Source of the DNA: Gemmatimonadota bacterium
Lineage (GTDB): Bacteria > Gemmatimonadota > Gemmatimonadetes > Palauibacterales > Palauibacteraceae
NCBI GenBank assembly: GCA_039584255.1
Contig: JBDGYE010000005.1
Coordinates: forward strand, 1,869 to 65,868
DNA: 64,000 nt
Reading direction: 5' to 3'
The translations under genes and the position numbers were made by a program. Of the stretch, positions 35,260 to 45,680 are shown piece after piece; position 1 is the stretch's first letter; every line of letters starts with the position of its first letter. The notes below the pieces were generated by a model, which saw nothing but the letters and a program-made list of their open reading frames with translations, was not told where the DNA came from and did not search any database.

Positions 35260-37559
35260 CCCGCCGTCTCCTTGCCGGTCTCGTCATCACGTGGTGCCAC
35301 TGGGGCAGCCCCACCTGCCGACAAGGGCACATACGGCAGGCTCTGAAGTCGCCGACGCCTCACGAGCCGCACGGCGCCGATGAGCACGAACAGCAACGGG
35401 ATTCCTATCAGATTCCCGTACTTGGCGAGATCGCGAGAGCCTTCCGACGAATAGAGCAGCGACGGCGCCTGTCTGGCCTTGGATCGGATTGCGATCAGCG
35501 ACTCGTCCTGAGCCAGCCAGTCGACGGCGTTCTGCGCGAAGAGCACATTCTCGGGGTTCGCCTGCAGGAAGCGGTTGGTGACGAAGTCGGCGTCGCCCAC
35601 AACGACAAGCCTTCCTCTCGAGCCGCCCCCATCCTCGGATCCGGCTCCGTCAGGCGGCAGAACCGCTGCCGCGATCGGCATGGGCCTCATGTCCGAGGCC
35701 ACCGAATTCCAGTCGAACTGGGGACTGATCGGAAAGGCGCCCGTCAGGTGGCCACCGAACTCGGTCGTGGAGAGCAGCGGGATCACGGTCGCCGAGTCCG
35801 CCTGCGACAGATCCAACGGACTCGTCCAGGCCGTCAGAACGCTGCTGAGGCCCTCGACGATAGTGTGCGGAGACGCGGGGAGCGCTCTCGGCCACAACGG
35901 ATACGGAACCAGCAGAGCCATGCCCCCGGCGCCCGGCATCGTGACCCGGCCGTTGGAGCGAATGTCGAACACCATTCCATCGGCGACCCGCACGCCGTAT
36001 GGGGCGACCAGCGAGTCCAGCACCGGATGCGGTGCCGGGTTGCTGAACAGTCGCGTGTCGTCGATGGAAACGGCCTGAACCAGCAAGAACAAGTTCCCGC
36101 CACGGTCCAGGAATTGAGCCAGCTTTCGGCCCTCTTCCGGGGCCAACGGAGTCTGCGGCCCTGGAACCACCAGCACGCCCACCGAGTCGGCGATCGCTGC
36201 CGTGTCGGCGGCGATGTTCACCGCCAGCACACTGTAGGTTTCGCGTAGTATCTCGCCGAGACCCGAGAGCTCACCGACGATGTCTGGCTCGCCGTGTCCG
36301 GTGAGGAACCCCACGGCGGTGCTGGTGGGGCTGGTCATGCCCATGATGGAGCTGGTGAGGCGATACTCCAGGTCGTCCGACCGCCCGACGAAGGGGATGA
36401 TCTCGGTCGCCTCGGCGTATTGGATCGCTATCCCCAGGTACCCCTGCTTGACCTGGAACTCCTCCTGCCCGAGGACGTTGAACTGGATCGACGGAATGCC
36501 CAGGCGCTCCGCCTCGCTCCGATCCTCGTCCTCCCCAGACGGCGCGTATCGCCTCAGCTGCAGGTTGTCGCCGGCCACCGCCTCGTAGTCGGCCAGGATG
36601 TCTTCGACGTCCCGACGGACGATCTCCGCCTGCGGCGGCAGCTCCCGTGAGGCGAAGAAGCTCACGGTGACCACGTCCTCCAGTCCCTCGAGCGTCGAGC
36701 GGGTGGTCTCCGAGAGCGTGTAGGCCTTTCCCGGCGTGAGATCCAGTCGGCCGCGGATGTCGCGGCCCAGAAGGTTGAGGACGACGCAGATGGCCAGAAG
36801 GCCCAGGGTTCCCAGCTGCAGCGTGCGGTAGGTGCGGCCCCTGGGGCTGAGGCGGCCCCGCTGTATGCTCAGGTACGCGAGCGCGAGGAAGGCGACGGTC
36901 ACGCTGGCGAAGTAGACCAGATCCCTGAGATCCAGTACGCCTCGCGTGATATTGGAGAAGTGCGTCAGCAGTCCCAGTCGAGTGGCCGCGGCGGCCAGGA
37001 ACGGCGGCAACCCGATCAGGACTATCTCCATCGTGAGCGCCATCAGGACGAAGGTGGTGGCCACCGCCGTGATGAAAGCCGTGATCTGGTTGCGTGTGAG
37101 CGAGGAAGCCCAGAGCCCGATCGCTACCAGGGCGCTGGCGAACAGCAACGCGCCCACGTACTGCGCTACGATCACGCCCAGGAAAGGCTCTCCGCCCATA
37201 CGCAGCGCCACCGCCGCTCCCAGCGTTCCGCCCATCGCCACCGAGAGGAATCCCATGATGCCCAGGAACTTCCCGAGCAAGTACTCGCTCTCGCGGATCG
37301 GCTGCGCCAGTACGAGCTCCTCCGTTCCGCGCGACCGCTCCTCGGCCAGCGATCGCATCGAGACCGCCGGCGCGAAGAAGAGCAGCAGCCACGGAAGCAG
37401 CTCGAACATCGGCCGTAGGCTCGCCTCGCCGGTGACGAAGACGGTCCGGAAGTAGAAGAAGAAGTTGATGGCCAGGAAGACGACCAGCAGGATGTAGGCG
37501 GTCGCCTGGTCGAAGTAGCTCCGAAACTCCCGGCCGGCTATGGCGCGAACGTTCCCCAT
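35256..37559 (-). CDS. ABC-2 type permease fused to GldG-like auxiliary domain (gliding-motility-associated ABC transporter GldF/GldG-like)
   Basis: The start is at MGNVRAIAGREFRSYF (37559, ATGA overlap with the ATPase stop). The N-terminal ~250 aa form a 6-TM ABC-2 permease. After ~270 aa comes a large periplasmic GldG-like domain and a C-terminal TM. Confidence 0.7.
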   Translation of the reverse strand: MGNVRAIAGREFRSYFDQATAYILLVVFLAINFFFYFRTVFVTGEASLRPMFELLPWLLLFFAPAVSMRSLAEERSRGTEELVLAQPIRESEYLLGKFLGIMGFLSVAMGGTLGAAVALRMGGEPFLGVIVAQYVGALLFASALVAIGLWASSLTRNQITAFITAVATTFVLMALTMEIVLIGLPPFLAAAATRLGLLTHFSNITRGVLDLRDLVYFASVTVAFLALAYLSIQRGRLSPRGRTYRTLQLGTLGLLAICVVLNLLGRDIRGRLDLTPGKAYTLSETTRSTLEGLEDVVTVSFFASRELPPQAEIVRRDVEDILADYEAVAGDNLQLRRYAPSGEDEDRSEAERLGIPSIQFNVLGQEEFQVKQGYLGIAIQYAEATEIIPFVGRSDDLEYRLTSSIMGMTSPTSTAVGFLTGHGEPDIVGELSGLGEILRETYSVLAVNIAADTAAIADSVGVLVVPGPQTPLAPEEGRKLAQFLDRGGNLFLLVQAVSIDDTRLFSNPAPHPVLDSLVAPYGVRVADGMVFDIRSNGRVTMPGAGGMALLVPYPLWPRALPASPHTIVEGLSSVLTAWTSPLDLSQADSATVIPLLSTTEFGGHLTGAFPISPQFDWNSVASDMRPMPIAAAVLPPDGAGSEDGGGSRGRLVVVGDADFVTNRFLQANPENVLFAQNAVDWLAQDESLIAIRSKARQAPSLLYSSEGSRDLAKYGNLIGIPLLFVLIGAVRLVRRRRLQSLPYVPLSAGGAAPVAPRDDETGKETAG

Positions 37560-38497
37560 CACCCGGACTCCGTGAGCTCCCGGAAGAACTGCTCGAGGTT
37601 CTCCTGTTCGCGCCTCATCTCCCACAGAACCCAGCCGCGCTCGCGTGCCAGTGAAAAGACCTCCGGCCTGGGATCGGCCCCGGCGCTGCCCACGACCAGG
37701 TAGCGTGGCCGCGAGGCCTCTTGTCCCGCCGGGTGAACCCTCGATACGCCGGGGATGTTCTCCAGAGCCTGCCGCACCTCCGCGGCGTCGCCCTCCATCT
37801 CGACCGTTACCCGAAGGCCCCGCCCCTCTCCGGCCAGCAGCGATCCGACACCTCCATCCGCGATGATGGCGCCCTGATGGATTATGAGCAGCCTGTCACA
37901 GACCGCCTGGACCTCCTGCATGACGTGAGTGCTGAGCAGGACCGTATGATCCTGCCCCAGCCGCGTGATGAGCTTGCGGATCTCCACCCGCTGGTTGGGA
38001 TCCAGACCTTCCGTCGGCTCGTCCAGTATCAATACGTCGGGCTCGGCCAGAATCGCCTGCGCCAGGCCGACCCGCTGGCGGAATCCCTTGGAGAGGTGTC
38101 CGATCGGCCGGTTGAACACCTCTCCGATACCGGTCTGCTTCACGGTCGGGTCGATACGGTGAGCCAGATCGGCATCCGAGATCCCCTTGAGACGGCCCAC
38201 GTAAGCCAGAAACTCTCCCACCAGCATCTCGTCGTAGAGCGGGTTGGTCTCCGGTAGGTACCCGATGCGGCGGCGTGCTTCCAGCGGGGACTCCTCCACG
38301 GAGCGTCCATCGATCTCGACCCATCCCGAGTCGGGCTGCAGCGCCTGCGTAATGAGCCGCATGGTCGTCGTCTTTCCGGCGCCGTTGGGCCCGAGAAACC
38401 CCACGACCTCGCCACGGTCGATCGAGAACGAGACGTGGTCGACGGCCTTTATACCGTCGAAGCTCTTTGCGACCTCGTGCAGGCGAACCAGCGACAT
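37559..38497 (-). CDS. ABC transporter ATP-binding protein (GldA-like)
   Basis: Walker A GPNGAGKTT, signature LSKGFRQRV, Walker B ILILDEPTEGLD and H-loop are present. The start is at MSLVRLHEVAKSF. Confidence 0.9.
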   Translation of the reverse strand: MSLVRLHEVAKSFDGIKAVDHVSFSIDRGEVVGFLGPNGAGKTTTMRLITQALQPDSGWVEIDGRSVEESPLEARRRIGYLPETNPLYDEMLVGEFLAYVGRLKGISDADLAHRIDPTVKQTGIGEVFNRPIGHLSKGFRQRVGLAQAILAEPDVLILDEPTEGLDPNQRVEIRKLITRLGQDHTVLLSTHVMQEVQAVCDRLLIIHQGAIIADGGVGSLLAGEGRGLRVTVEMEGDAAEVRQALENIPGVSRVHPAGQEASRPRYLVVGSAGADPRPEVFSLARERGWVLWEMRREQENLEQFFRELTESG

Positions 38498-38683
38498 ACC
38501 GACCTCTGGAATCCGTAGGTTGGGGCCCGGCAAAGTACGCCCGACCGCGGTACTGTCAAGATGGACACCTGGGTCTCATCCGGAGGTTGCCGCTGAGGAC
38601 GCGCGAGGCGAGTTTTCCGTGCTCGGCGGGGCGGTTCCTCGCCCCGTGGGGAGGCAGCAGATACGTCCGGAGGTTGATTCCCC

Positions 38684-39676
38684 ATGCGTATACTTGTCGG
38701 GACGAAGGGCGGGCTCCACGTGGTGCGGTGGGTTCACGGCGAGCGCGCGGCCAAGATCGAAAAGAAGGAGTTCGTCGGTCAGGACGTGACATCGATCGTC
38801 CCCGCCGGCGACGGCCTCTATGTCGCGGTGGCCGGGGCAGGAGTGTTCAGGAGCGACGACGACGCAGATAGCTGGCACCGTGTGACGGCCAACCTCGATG
38901 GCCACAAGGTAAGCACAGTCACCGTCTCGCCTCGGGACCCGTTACTGCTCTACGCCGGAACGGAGCCGCCGGCTATACACATCTCCCGAGACGGCGGCGA
39001 AACCTGGGAGGAGCTCAAGGAGTTCCGCGTTCTGGGCGTGCGCGAGGGCTGGCGGGACTACGGAACTGGGGCAGCGCATGTGCAGTCCATTGCCTGCGAT
39101 CCTCACGAGCGGCGTCGGGTGTACGCCGGCGTAGAGATCGGCGGGGCGTACCGGAGTGACAACGGGGGCCAGACCTGGAAGCCGATCAACGAGGGCCTGT
39201 TCGACGACATCCACCAGCTCGTCGTCGATCCGCGGGATGGCAGCCGGCTCTACGCCGCCACGGGAGGCGGACTCTTCATGAGCAAGGACCGGGGGTCCCA
39301 CTGGAAGGCCCATCCCGAGGAGCTGGCCGAGCGCTACTGCATTCGCCTGGAGGCGGTGGTGGAGCAGGGAACCGACCGTTCGGCGGTGGTGATTGTAACG
39401 GCCGCCGGCCCGCCGGGTACCTGGGAAGGGAGCAAGGGAAACGCGCACCCGCGGCTTCACCTGAGTCGGGACGCCGGCGAGAGATGGGAAGAGTTCGATA
39501 CGCGAGGGATGTCAGAGAAGGGCGCGTTCACGGCACTGGCCGCCGACCCGACGGCCCGTCAGGCAGGCTTCATCGGCACCAGCACGGGGCGCCTCTATTA
39601 CGGGAGCGCCGGAGCCAGCCGATGGTCGAAGATCCTGTACGGACTCCCGCCCGTGAGGGTGCTACGTCTGCTTTGA
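38684..39676 (+). CDS. BNR/Ycf48-like (sortilin-type) beta-propeller repeat protein
   Basis: Repeated S-x-D-x-G-x-T-W motifs are present (SRDGGETWEEL, SDNGGQTWKPI, SKDRGSHWKA, SRDAGERWEEF). Confidence 0.55.
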   Translation: MRILVGTKGGLHVVRWVHGERAAKIEKKEFVGQDVTSIVPAGDGLYVAVAGAGVFRSDDDADSWHRVTANLDGHKVSTVTVSPRDPLLLYAGTEPPAIHISRDGGETWEELKEFRVLGVREGWRDYGTGAAHVQSIACDPHERRRVYAGVEIGGAYRSDNGGQTWKPINEGLFDDIHQLVVDPRDGSRLYAATGGGLFMSKDRGSHWKAHPEELAERYCIRLEAVVEQGTDRSAVVIVTAAGPPGTWEGSKGNAHPRLHLSRDAGERWEEFDTRGMSEKGAFTALAADPTARQAGFIGTSTGRLYYGSAGASRWSKILYGLPPVRVLRLL

Positions 39677-39695
39677 GCCGAAGGGTGCACCTAGC

Positions 39696-41981
39696 ATGAT
39701 GGGCCGCGGTCGGACAATGGCTGCGACGCGATGGGTGGCGCCAGCGCTGGCGGCGATGTGCCTGCCGGCTCTTCCGCTGGTCGGGGATGCCCAGACACCG
39801 GACGACGCTCTCACGGTAGAGCGCATCTACGGCAGCGACTACTTCGACGGCGACTCGATTTCGCTGCGCTGGATGCCTGATGGGCGTCACTGGACCACGG
39901 TCGAGCAGGACATGGAGGGGCGGGACGAGCTGTGGAGGGTCGACGCCCAAAGCGGAAGCCGCCAGAAGCTCATCTCGGCGGTCGAGCTGGTTCCCGAGGC
40001 GGGTCAGGATCCCATCGCCATCGAGGGGCACCAACTCTCGGAGGACGGTCGGCGGGTCCTCATCTTCACGAACTCGCAGCAGGTGTGGAGGCAGCGGACG
40101 AAGGGCGAGTACTACGTCTTCGAGTTCGACTCCCGCCGCCTGAGCCCGGTCAGCGCAGGTACGGGCTGGCAGATGTTCGCGAAGCTCTCTCCCGACGGCC
40201 ACCGGGCAGCGTTCGTGCGCGACCACGACCTCTACCTGGTGGACCTCACCACGGGCGCTGAACGCCAGCTCACCTTCGACGGCAGCGAGACCGTCGTCAA
40301 CGGCACCTCTGACTGGGTCTACGAGGAGGAGCTGCGCCTCCGCGACGCCTTCCGCTGGAGCACCGACGGCGAGCGGATCGCCTACTGGCGGTTCGATCAG
40401 AGCCCTGTACGGCCGTATCCGCTAGTGGATCATTCGCCGCTCTATCCGGAGCTCAAGCAGATCAGGTACCCGAAGGCCGGAGAGGCCAACTCGAGAGTGC
40501 AGGTCGGCTCGCTCGAGCTCTCCACCGGCCGCACCACCTGGTTCGACATCGGCCCGGAGGAGGACATCTATATCGCCCGGATGGAGTGGGCCGAGTCGCC
40601 CCACGAGGTGGTCATCCAGCGCCTCAACCGGTGGCAGAACCGGCTCGACCTCCTGCTGGGCGACGCTCACACCGGCGAGACCACGCTGCTGTTCAGCGAG
40701 GAGGACGACGCCTGGGTCGACGCGAACGACGACCTCCGCTGGATCGACGGCGGTAGCCGGTTCACGTGGACAAGCGAACGCGACGGCTACCGTCACGTCT
40801 ACCTGTATCATCGTAGCGGCCGGCTGGTGCGGCAGCTGACCCGCGGGCCCTGGGACGTGATCGCGTTCCACGGAGCGGACCAGGTGTCGGGCCGCATCTT
40901 CTTCACCGCTGCCTCCGAGACGCCGCTCACCAGAACCGTGCACTCGGTGTCGCTGGAAGGCACCGACATGCTCACGCTCGCCGGCGGACGCGGAAGCCAC
41001 TCGGCGGGTTTCAGCCCCGACTTCGAGCTCTTCGGCAACACGCATTCCACAATCGGTAGCCCCCCAACCACTGCTTTGCGCAGAGCCGCAGACGGCTCGC
41101 TGGTGCGGATTCTGGTGAACAACGCCGAGCTCGCGAGCCGCATCGACGCACTCGGCCTCCGCGAGCCGGAGTTCTTCACGATCGGAGCTGCCGACGGAAT
41201 CCCGCTGAACGGCTGGATCATCAAGCCACGCGACTTCGATCCGGGACGGGCCTATCCCCTCCTGCTGTACGTCTACGGTGGGCCCGGATCGCAGACGGTG
41301 CGAGACTCGTGGGGCGGAAGCCGCTATCTGTGGCACCAGATGCTTGTACGTCAGGGGATGCTCGTGGCGAGCATCGACAACCGGGGGACCGGGGCGAGAG
41401 GCCGCGACTTCAAGAAGCAGGTCTACATGCGGCTGGGGATGCTGGAGCCTGCCGACCAGCTGGCAGCCATCCGCCAGCTCACCGAGCAGTCGTACGTCGA
41501 CGAGTCACGAATCGGCGTGTGGGGATGGAGCTACGGCGGCTACTTGACGCTCATGACCTCTCTCCTGGGGGAGGGCGCCGTATCGGTCGCGGTGGCGGGG
41601 GCGCCGGTAACGTCGTGGGAGCTGTACGACACGATTTACACCGAGCGTTTCATGAGGACACCGGCCGAGAACCCGGAGGGATACCGGCTCGGTGCCCCCC
41701 TCGGCTATGCCGACCGCCTCGAAGCGGACCTGCTGATCATCCATGGAACGGCGGACGATAACGTTCACCCCCAGAACACCATGCGCATGGTGCAGACCCT
41801 GGAAGAGGCGGGGAAGCAGTTCCGAATGCGCCTGTACCCGGGCCAGCGGCATGGATTCGCCGGATCGGACATTCTCGTGAACCTGTGGCAGCTCGTCTCC
41901 GACTTCCTGGTCGAGCATCTGGTGGGCTCGCCGTCCGGCACACGTACCGCAGGCCCGGTGGCGCCGCCTCCGATTCCATAG
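39696..41981 (+). CDS. S9 family peptidase, dipeptidyl-peptidase IV-like
   Basis: An N-terminal DPP-IV β-propeller region is followed by an α/β hydrolase with GWSYGGY (nucleophile Ser), ...HGTADDNVH... (Asp/His). The signal peptide is present. Confidence 0.85.
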   Translation: MMGRGRTMAATRWVAPALAAMCLPALPLVGDAQTPDDALTVERIYGSDYFDGDSISLRWMPDGRHWTTVEQDMEGRDELWRVDAQSGSRQKLISAVELVPEAGQDPIAIEGHQLSEDGRRVLIFTNSQQVWRQRTKGEYYVFEFDSRRLSPVSAGTGWQMFAKLSPDGHRAAFVRDHDLYLVDLTTGAERQLTFDGSETVVNGTSDWVYEEELRLRDAFRWSTDGERIAYWRFDQSPVRPYPLVDHSPLYPELKQIRYPKAGEANSRVQVGSLELSTGRTTWFDIGPEEDIYIARMEWAESPHEVVIQRLNRWQNRLDLLLGDAHTGETTLLFSEEDDAWVDANDDLRWIDGGSRFTWTSERDGYRHVYLYHRSGRLVRQLTRGPWDVIAFHGADQVSGRIFFTAASETPLTRTVHSVSLEGTDMLTLAGGRGSHSAGFSPDFELFGNTHSTIGSPPTTALRRAADGSLVRILVNNAELASRIDALGLREPEFFTIGAADGIPLNGWIIKPRDFDPGRAYPLLLYVYGGPGSQTVRDSWGGSRYLWHQMLVRQGMLVASIDNRGTGARGRDFKKQVYMRLGMLEPADQLAAIRQLTEQSYVDESRIGVWGWSYGGYLTLMTSLLGEGAVSVAVAGAPVTSWELYDTIYTERFMRTPAENPEGYRLGAPLGYADRLEADLLIIHGTADDNVHPQNTMRMVQTLEEAGKQFRMRLYPGQRHGFAGSDILVNLWQLVSDFLVEHLVGSPSGTRTAGPVAPPPIP

Positions 41982-41984
41982 TCG

Positions 41985-42626
41985 ATGCGCATCACAGAGG
42001 TCTTCTTCTCGATACAGGGTGAATCGACGTACGCCGGCCGGCCCTGCGTCTTCGTGCGCACCACGGGCTGTAACCTCCGCTGCGTGTGGTGCGACACCGA
42101 GTATGCCTTCCATGGTGGCACCGACATGACGGTGGATGAGATCGTCGCCGAGGTCGGTCGCCTGGGCGGCTCGTGCCGGCTGGTCGAGCTGACCGGCGGC
42201 GAGCCGCTGCTCCAGCACGAGATCGGAGAGCTGGCAGAGCGTCTGCTGGCCGATGGATACACGGTGATGTGCGAGACCAGCGGCAGCATCCCCGTCGACA
42301 GGGTGCCCTCGGAGGTGATCAGAATCGTCGACTTCAAAGCCCCGGGAAGCGGCGAAGAGGAGGCCAACGACTGGTCCAACCTCGAACTGCTGGACCCTGC
42401 CCGCGACGAGCTGAAGTTCGTCATCGCCGATCGTGCCGACTACGAGTGGGCGGCTCGTCAGATACGCGACAGAGGCCTCGACCGCTTCGTCGTGCATTTC
42501 TCGCCGGAGTTTAGCGGGATGGACCGGCGGACCCTGGCGGAGTGGATACTGGAGGACGGTCTTCCGGTCCGCCTCCAGCTACAGCTTCACAGGTTCTTGT
42601 GGGATCCCGACGCCCGGGGGGTGTAA
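41985..42626 (+). CDS. queE: 7-carboxy-7-deazaguanine synthase
   Basis: MRITEVFFSIQGESTYAGRPCVFVRTTGCNLRCVWCDTEYAF is the QueE-type CxxxCxxC-variant radical SAM motif. The size is 213 aa. Confidence 0.85.
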   Translation: MRITEVFFSIQGESTYAGRPCVFVRTTGCNLRCVWCDTEYAFHGGTDMTVDEIVAEVGRLGGSCRLVELTGGEPLLQHEIGELAERLLADGYTVMCETSGSIPVDRVPSEVIRIVDFKAPGSGEEEANDWSNLELLDPARDELKFVIADRADYEWAARQIRDRGLDRFVVHFSPEFSGMDRRTLAEWILEDGLPVRLQLQLHRFLWDPDARGV

Positions 42627-42633
42627 GCCCGGG

Positions 42634-43833
42634 TCAGCCTGCGGTCGAAGGCTCCGCCGGCGCCGACTCCTCGGAGGCCGACCACGGAGGGAGCACTTTC
42701 ACGAGCGCCCACAGGATCAAGAAGGGCAGGAGCATGAGCGCCGCAGCCATCAGCAGGCCCTCGAACCCGAACAGCTCCAGTCGGTAGAGCGTCAAACCTC
42801 GCAAGCTCTTCGAGAACAGCTGGCCGCCGATGACGACATTCCACCGGATGCTGAAGATGCCTATCTGCACGAGGATCGCGCTGCCCAGGTAGATCAGTCG
42901 TCGAACCTCGGGCGGCACGCGGTCCGACGCCTTCCTTCTCAGGGCAGGCGAAGTGATCCACAAAGCGACGAGCGGAACCAGCGTTCCGATTACGATCTGG
43001 AGTACGATCAGGCTGATGAACAGCCGACTCTCGATCATCTGCGAGAGGATCTCGATCGACTCCTCCGACTCGTAGAGACGGTGAATGAAGTCCAGCATCT
43101 CCAACGAGAAGTCGACCACCATGGCGTAGAACAGGAAGGACGCGAGCTTGTCCGCGCACTTCATGTCGACGGCCTTCCCCCGGAGAAGGGTCGACAGCAG
43201 GTAGAGTATCAGGACGAGGGCGATGCCGGATACGATCGCGGAGAACAGGAACACCACCGGCATGAGGACGCTGCTCCACCACGGGTTCGCCTTCACCGAG
43301 CCGAAGATGAAGCCGACATACCCGTGCAGCAGAAACGCCGACGGGATGCCGATGATCGTGATCCAGCGGCCGGCGGAGTCGTCGAAGCGGAGGGAGTCCT
43401 CCGAGAGGTCAGTCGCCCCAAGCGTCAGTAAGTAGTGAAGCCACTTCTTCGGCCCGCGCTCGCCGCGCGCCCACAGCACGAGGTCCTTCCGGTACTCGAA
43501 CCAGATCTCGAGAAGCAGCACCACCGCCAGGTACCACGCGTAGACGAAGCCGAACATGGCCATCGCCGATTGGCGGTTGGGCGTGAGGAAGATCTCGTAC
43601 GAGCGCTCCGGATGTCCGAGGTGAGCCAACAGCGGGAGCGGTGCCACGAGCAGGAAAGCCAGCGCGGTCAGAAGCGCGAGGCGATACGTCGGCTCGACCT
43701 CCTTGACGTTGAACACCCTCTCCAGCGAGGCAAGGATGAAGGCACCCGCCACGAGCCCTGTGAGGTACGGGTAGAGCACGATGAGAAGGCTCCACCGGAG
43801 CTCGAACTCGTTAGGATAGATGTAGCCCTGCAT
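42634..43833 (-). CDS. NrfD/PsrC family polytopic membrane subunit (ActF-like?)
   Basis: The 399-aa protein has ~8-10 TM helices. NrfD-type pattern: ...YPYLTGLVAGAFIL...HLGHPERSYEIF... Confidence 0.8.
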   Translation of the reverse strand: MQGYIYPNEFELRWSLLIVLYPYLTGLVAGAFILASLERVFNVKEVEPTYRLALLTALAFLLVAPLPLLAHLGHPERSYEIFLTPNRQSAMAMFGFVYAWYLAVVLLLEIWFEYRKDLVLWARGERGPKKWLHYLLTLGATDLSEDSLRFDDSAGRWITIIGIPSAFLLHGYVGFIFGSVKANPWWSSVLMPVVFLFSAIVSGIALVLILYLLSTLLRGKAVDMKCADKLASFLFYAMVVDFSLEMLDFIHRLYESEESIEILSQMIESRLFISLIVLQIVIGTLVPLVALWITSPALRRKASDRVPPEVRRLIYLGSAILVQIGIFSIRWNVVIGGQLFSKSLRGLTLYRLELFGFEGLLMAAALMLLPFLILWALVKVLPPWSASEESAPAEPSTAG

Positions 43834-43836
43834 CGG

Positions 43837-44643
43837 CTAGCTCACCTCTCCGTCCAGATGGGCGTAATAGACCTTGGGCTTGGTGTTCAGGTGCGACTTC
43901 AGGACCTGGATCTCGTTGTGGCGCATGAACCTGGCGAGTGGGGTGGCACGGTGCTCCACTTCGCCGAAGATCCTGGCGGCGGTCGGGCAGACTTCAACGC
44001 AGGCCGGCACGAGGCCCTCTGCCAACCGGTGGTAGCAGAAGGTGCACTTCGCGGCGACGCGTTTCTCGGGATGGAACCACCTGGCTCCGTATGGGCAGGC
44101 CTGGATGCAGTACCCGCAGCCGATGCAGTACTCCTCGTCCACCAGGACCACGCCGTCTTCGGTCGTGAACGTAGCCCCCACCGGGCAGACCTGGACGCAG
44201 GGGGCGTCCTCGCAGTGATTGCAGAGCTTGGGGACGAAGAACGTCCGCAGAATGCCACCTTCGCTCTGCGTCGTCGGGAATCCGTCGATACCTCCGTTGG
44301 GGCTGTCGACCACCACCTCGCCGTCGGTGCGGATCTGGTACCTCTCGACCCACGTATTGAAGTAATACGGTTCGTGGGGGACGTCGTTCTCGGCCTTGCA
44401 GGCGTGGGCACAGCGGCCGCACCCGATGCACTTCGAGATGTCGACACCCATCCCGTAGTAGTGCTCGGATGCGTCGTACCCTTCCTGGATCCCGCCCGCG
44501 CAGAGGTCACCGACGCGGACCACACCCAAAACGATCGGCACGCCGAGACTGGCCTTCAGCGCCTCGCGCACGAATTCCCGGCGGGCTACGGCTTGAGCGT
44601 CCGCATCCGGATCCCGTCGTAGCCGCTCTCGCCCCGCCGCCAT
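43837..44643 (-). CDS. Tat-exported 4Fe-4S ferredoxin-type iron-sulfur subunit (NrfC/PsrB-like)
   Basis: Tat motif ARREFVREALKASLG. Four Cys clusters are present (CIGCGRCAHAC, CNHCEDAPCVQVCP, CIGCGYCIQACP, CTFCYHRL...C). The start at MAAG (44643) overlaps the octahaem stop. Confidence 0.8.
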   Translation of the reverse strand: MAAGRERLRRDPDADAQAVARREFVREALKASLGVPIVLGVVRVGDLCAGGIQEGYDASEHYYGMGVDISKCIGCGRCAHACKAENDVPHEPYYFNTWVERYQIRTDGEVVVDSPNGGIDGFPTTQSEGGILRTFFVPKLCNHCEDAPCVQVCPVGATFTTEDGVVLVDEEYCIGCGYCIQACPYGARWFHPEKRVAAKCTFCYHRLAEGLVPACVEVCPTAARIFGEVEHRATPLARFMRHNEIQVLKSHLNTKPKVYYAHLDGEVS

Positions 44644-45371
44644 CACTCGGTCTCCGGGTAGTGCGGGTAATGACACTGCCAGCACAGGTAGTCATCTCCG
44701 TGTGTCGAGAGACTGATCCTTGGCACGTGCGAGGGACTCGGAGCACCCTCGCCATGGCAAATGCCGCAGAAGCCGCGATCCGTGGGCTTCCCCGGCCTGA
44801 CCGCGCGTGGCGTCACCTTGTGCTCGTCAGGAGTCTCGTGACAGATCTCGCAGGGCAGGGTGGCGTGGTGCGAGACCGTCTTCTGCCGGCCGATCTGTCC
44901 GTGGCAGGCGGTGCACTCGCCGGGGACCACGGGCGGTTCGGGTGCGTGCGGGTCGTGGCAGGACATGCACGGAACGAGAGGATTGTGCGCCACCGGGTCG
45001 ATCTGTGGGAAGCCGGTCGGGCGCGAGGCATCGTAGCCGTGGCAGAGCGGGCAGAAGCCACGCTCCCTGGGGGCAGGTGGCTTCACCTCGCCGGGGGACG
45101 CCACGTGTGTTGCGGCGGGCCCGTGGCACACCTCGCAGGACACCCCGCGGTGGTTTGATGTCTCCCGCTTCTCAGCGATCCGTGTGTGGCACACCCCGCA
45201 TATGTCGCGGCCCGCGTACTTGATCGGGTGCGCGACGATGGAGTCTACGGCAGCCGCCCGGTAGTGACCGGTCTCGCCAAACGTCTCCGGGACCAAAACC
45301 TCCCGCCCGACGACGAACAGGGCCGCCAGCAGGGCGAACGCTACCGCGAGACGCACGACTTGTTGAGGCAT
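44643..45371 (-). CDS. octahaem c-type cytochrome with N-terminal membrane anchor
   Basis: Eight CXXCH motifs (CGVCH, CEVCH, CPLCH, CMSCH, CTACH, CEICH, CGICH, CWQCH) occur in ~240 aa. N-terminal TM VVRLAVAFALLAALFVV. Confidence 0.8.
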   Translation of the reverse strand: MPQQVVRLAVAFALLAALFVVGREVLVPETFGETGHYRAAAVDSIVAHPIKYAGRDICGVCHTRIAEKRETSNHRGVSCEVCHGPAATHVASPGEVKPPAPRERGFCPLCHGYDASRPTGFPQIDPVAHNPLVPCMSCHDPHAPEPPVVPGECTACHGQIGRQKTVSHHATLPCEICHETPDEHKVTPRAVRPGKPTDRGFCGICHGEGAPSPSHVPRISLSTHGDDYLCWQCHYPHYPETE

Positions 45372-45680
45372 GGCTTGGAGTCGGCTCGGAAGCCCTTTTC
45401 CCTTTCGGTGCCGGATCCGTTTCCGCTTCCGCCGCTCTTCGCAGCGCCGGCTCCTGGGGGGCAAGTTCGGTGCCGCATAGCCTGAGCTCGCCCATCAGTT
45501 CGCCCGATGACTCAAATCGCGACCCGACCGCCAGCTCGTAACGGCCACGCGGGGATCAGTTTGGGACACTGCGTCACGGGACGTGGCAGAATGACCGCTC
45601 GCGGGAGGGCTCGAAACGCGCGTGAGCGCCCGCACGGCAACTAGCTGTCGCACTGCGACGGAGCCGAGGTGGATCGCGCC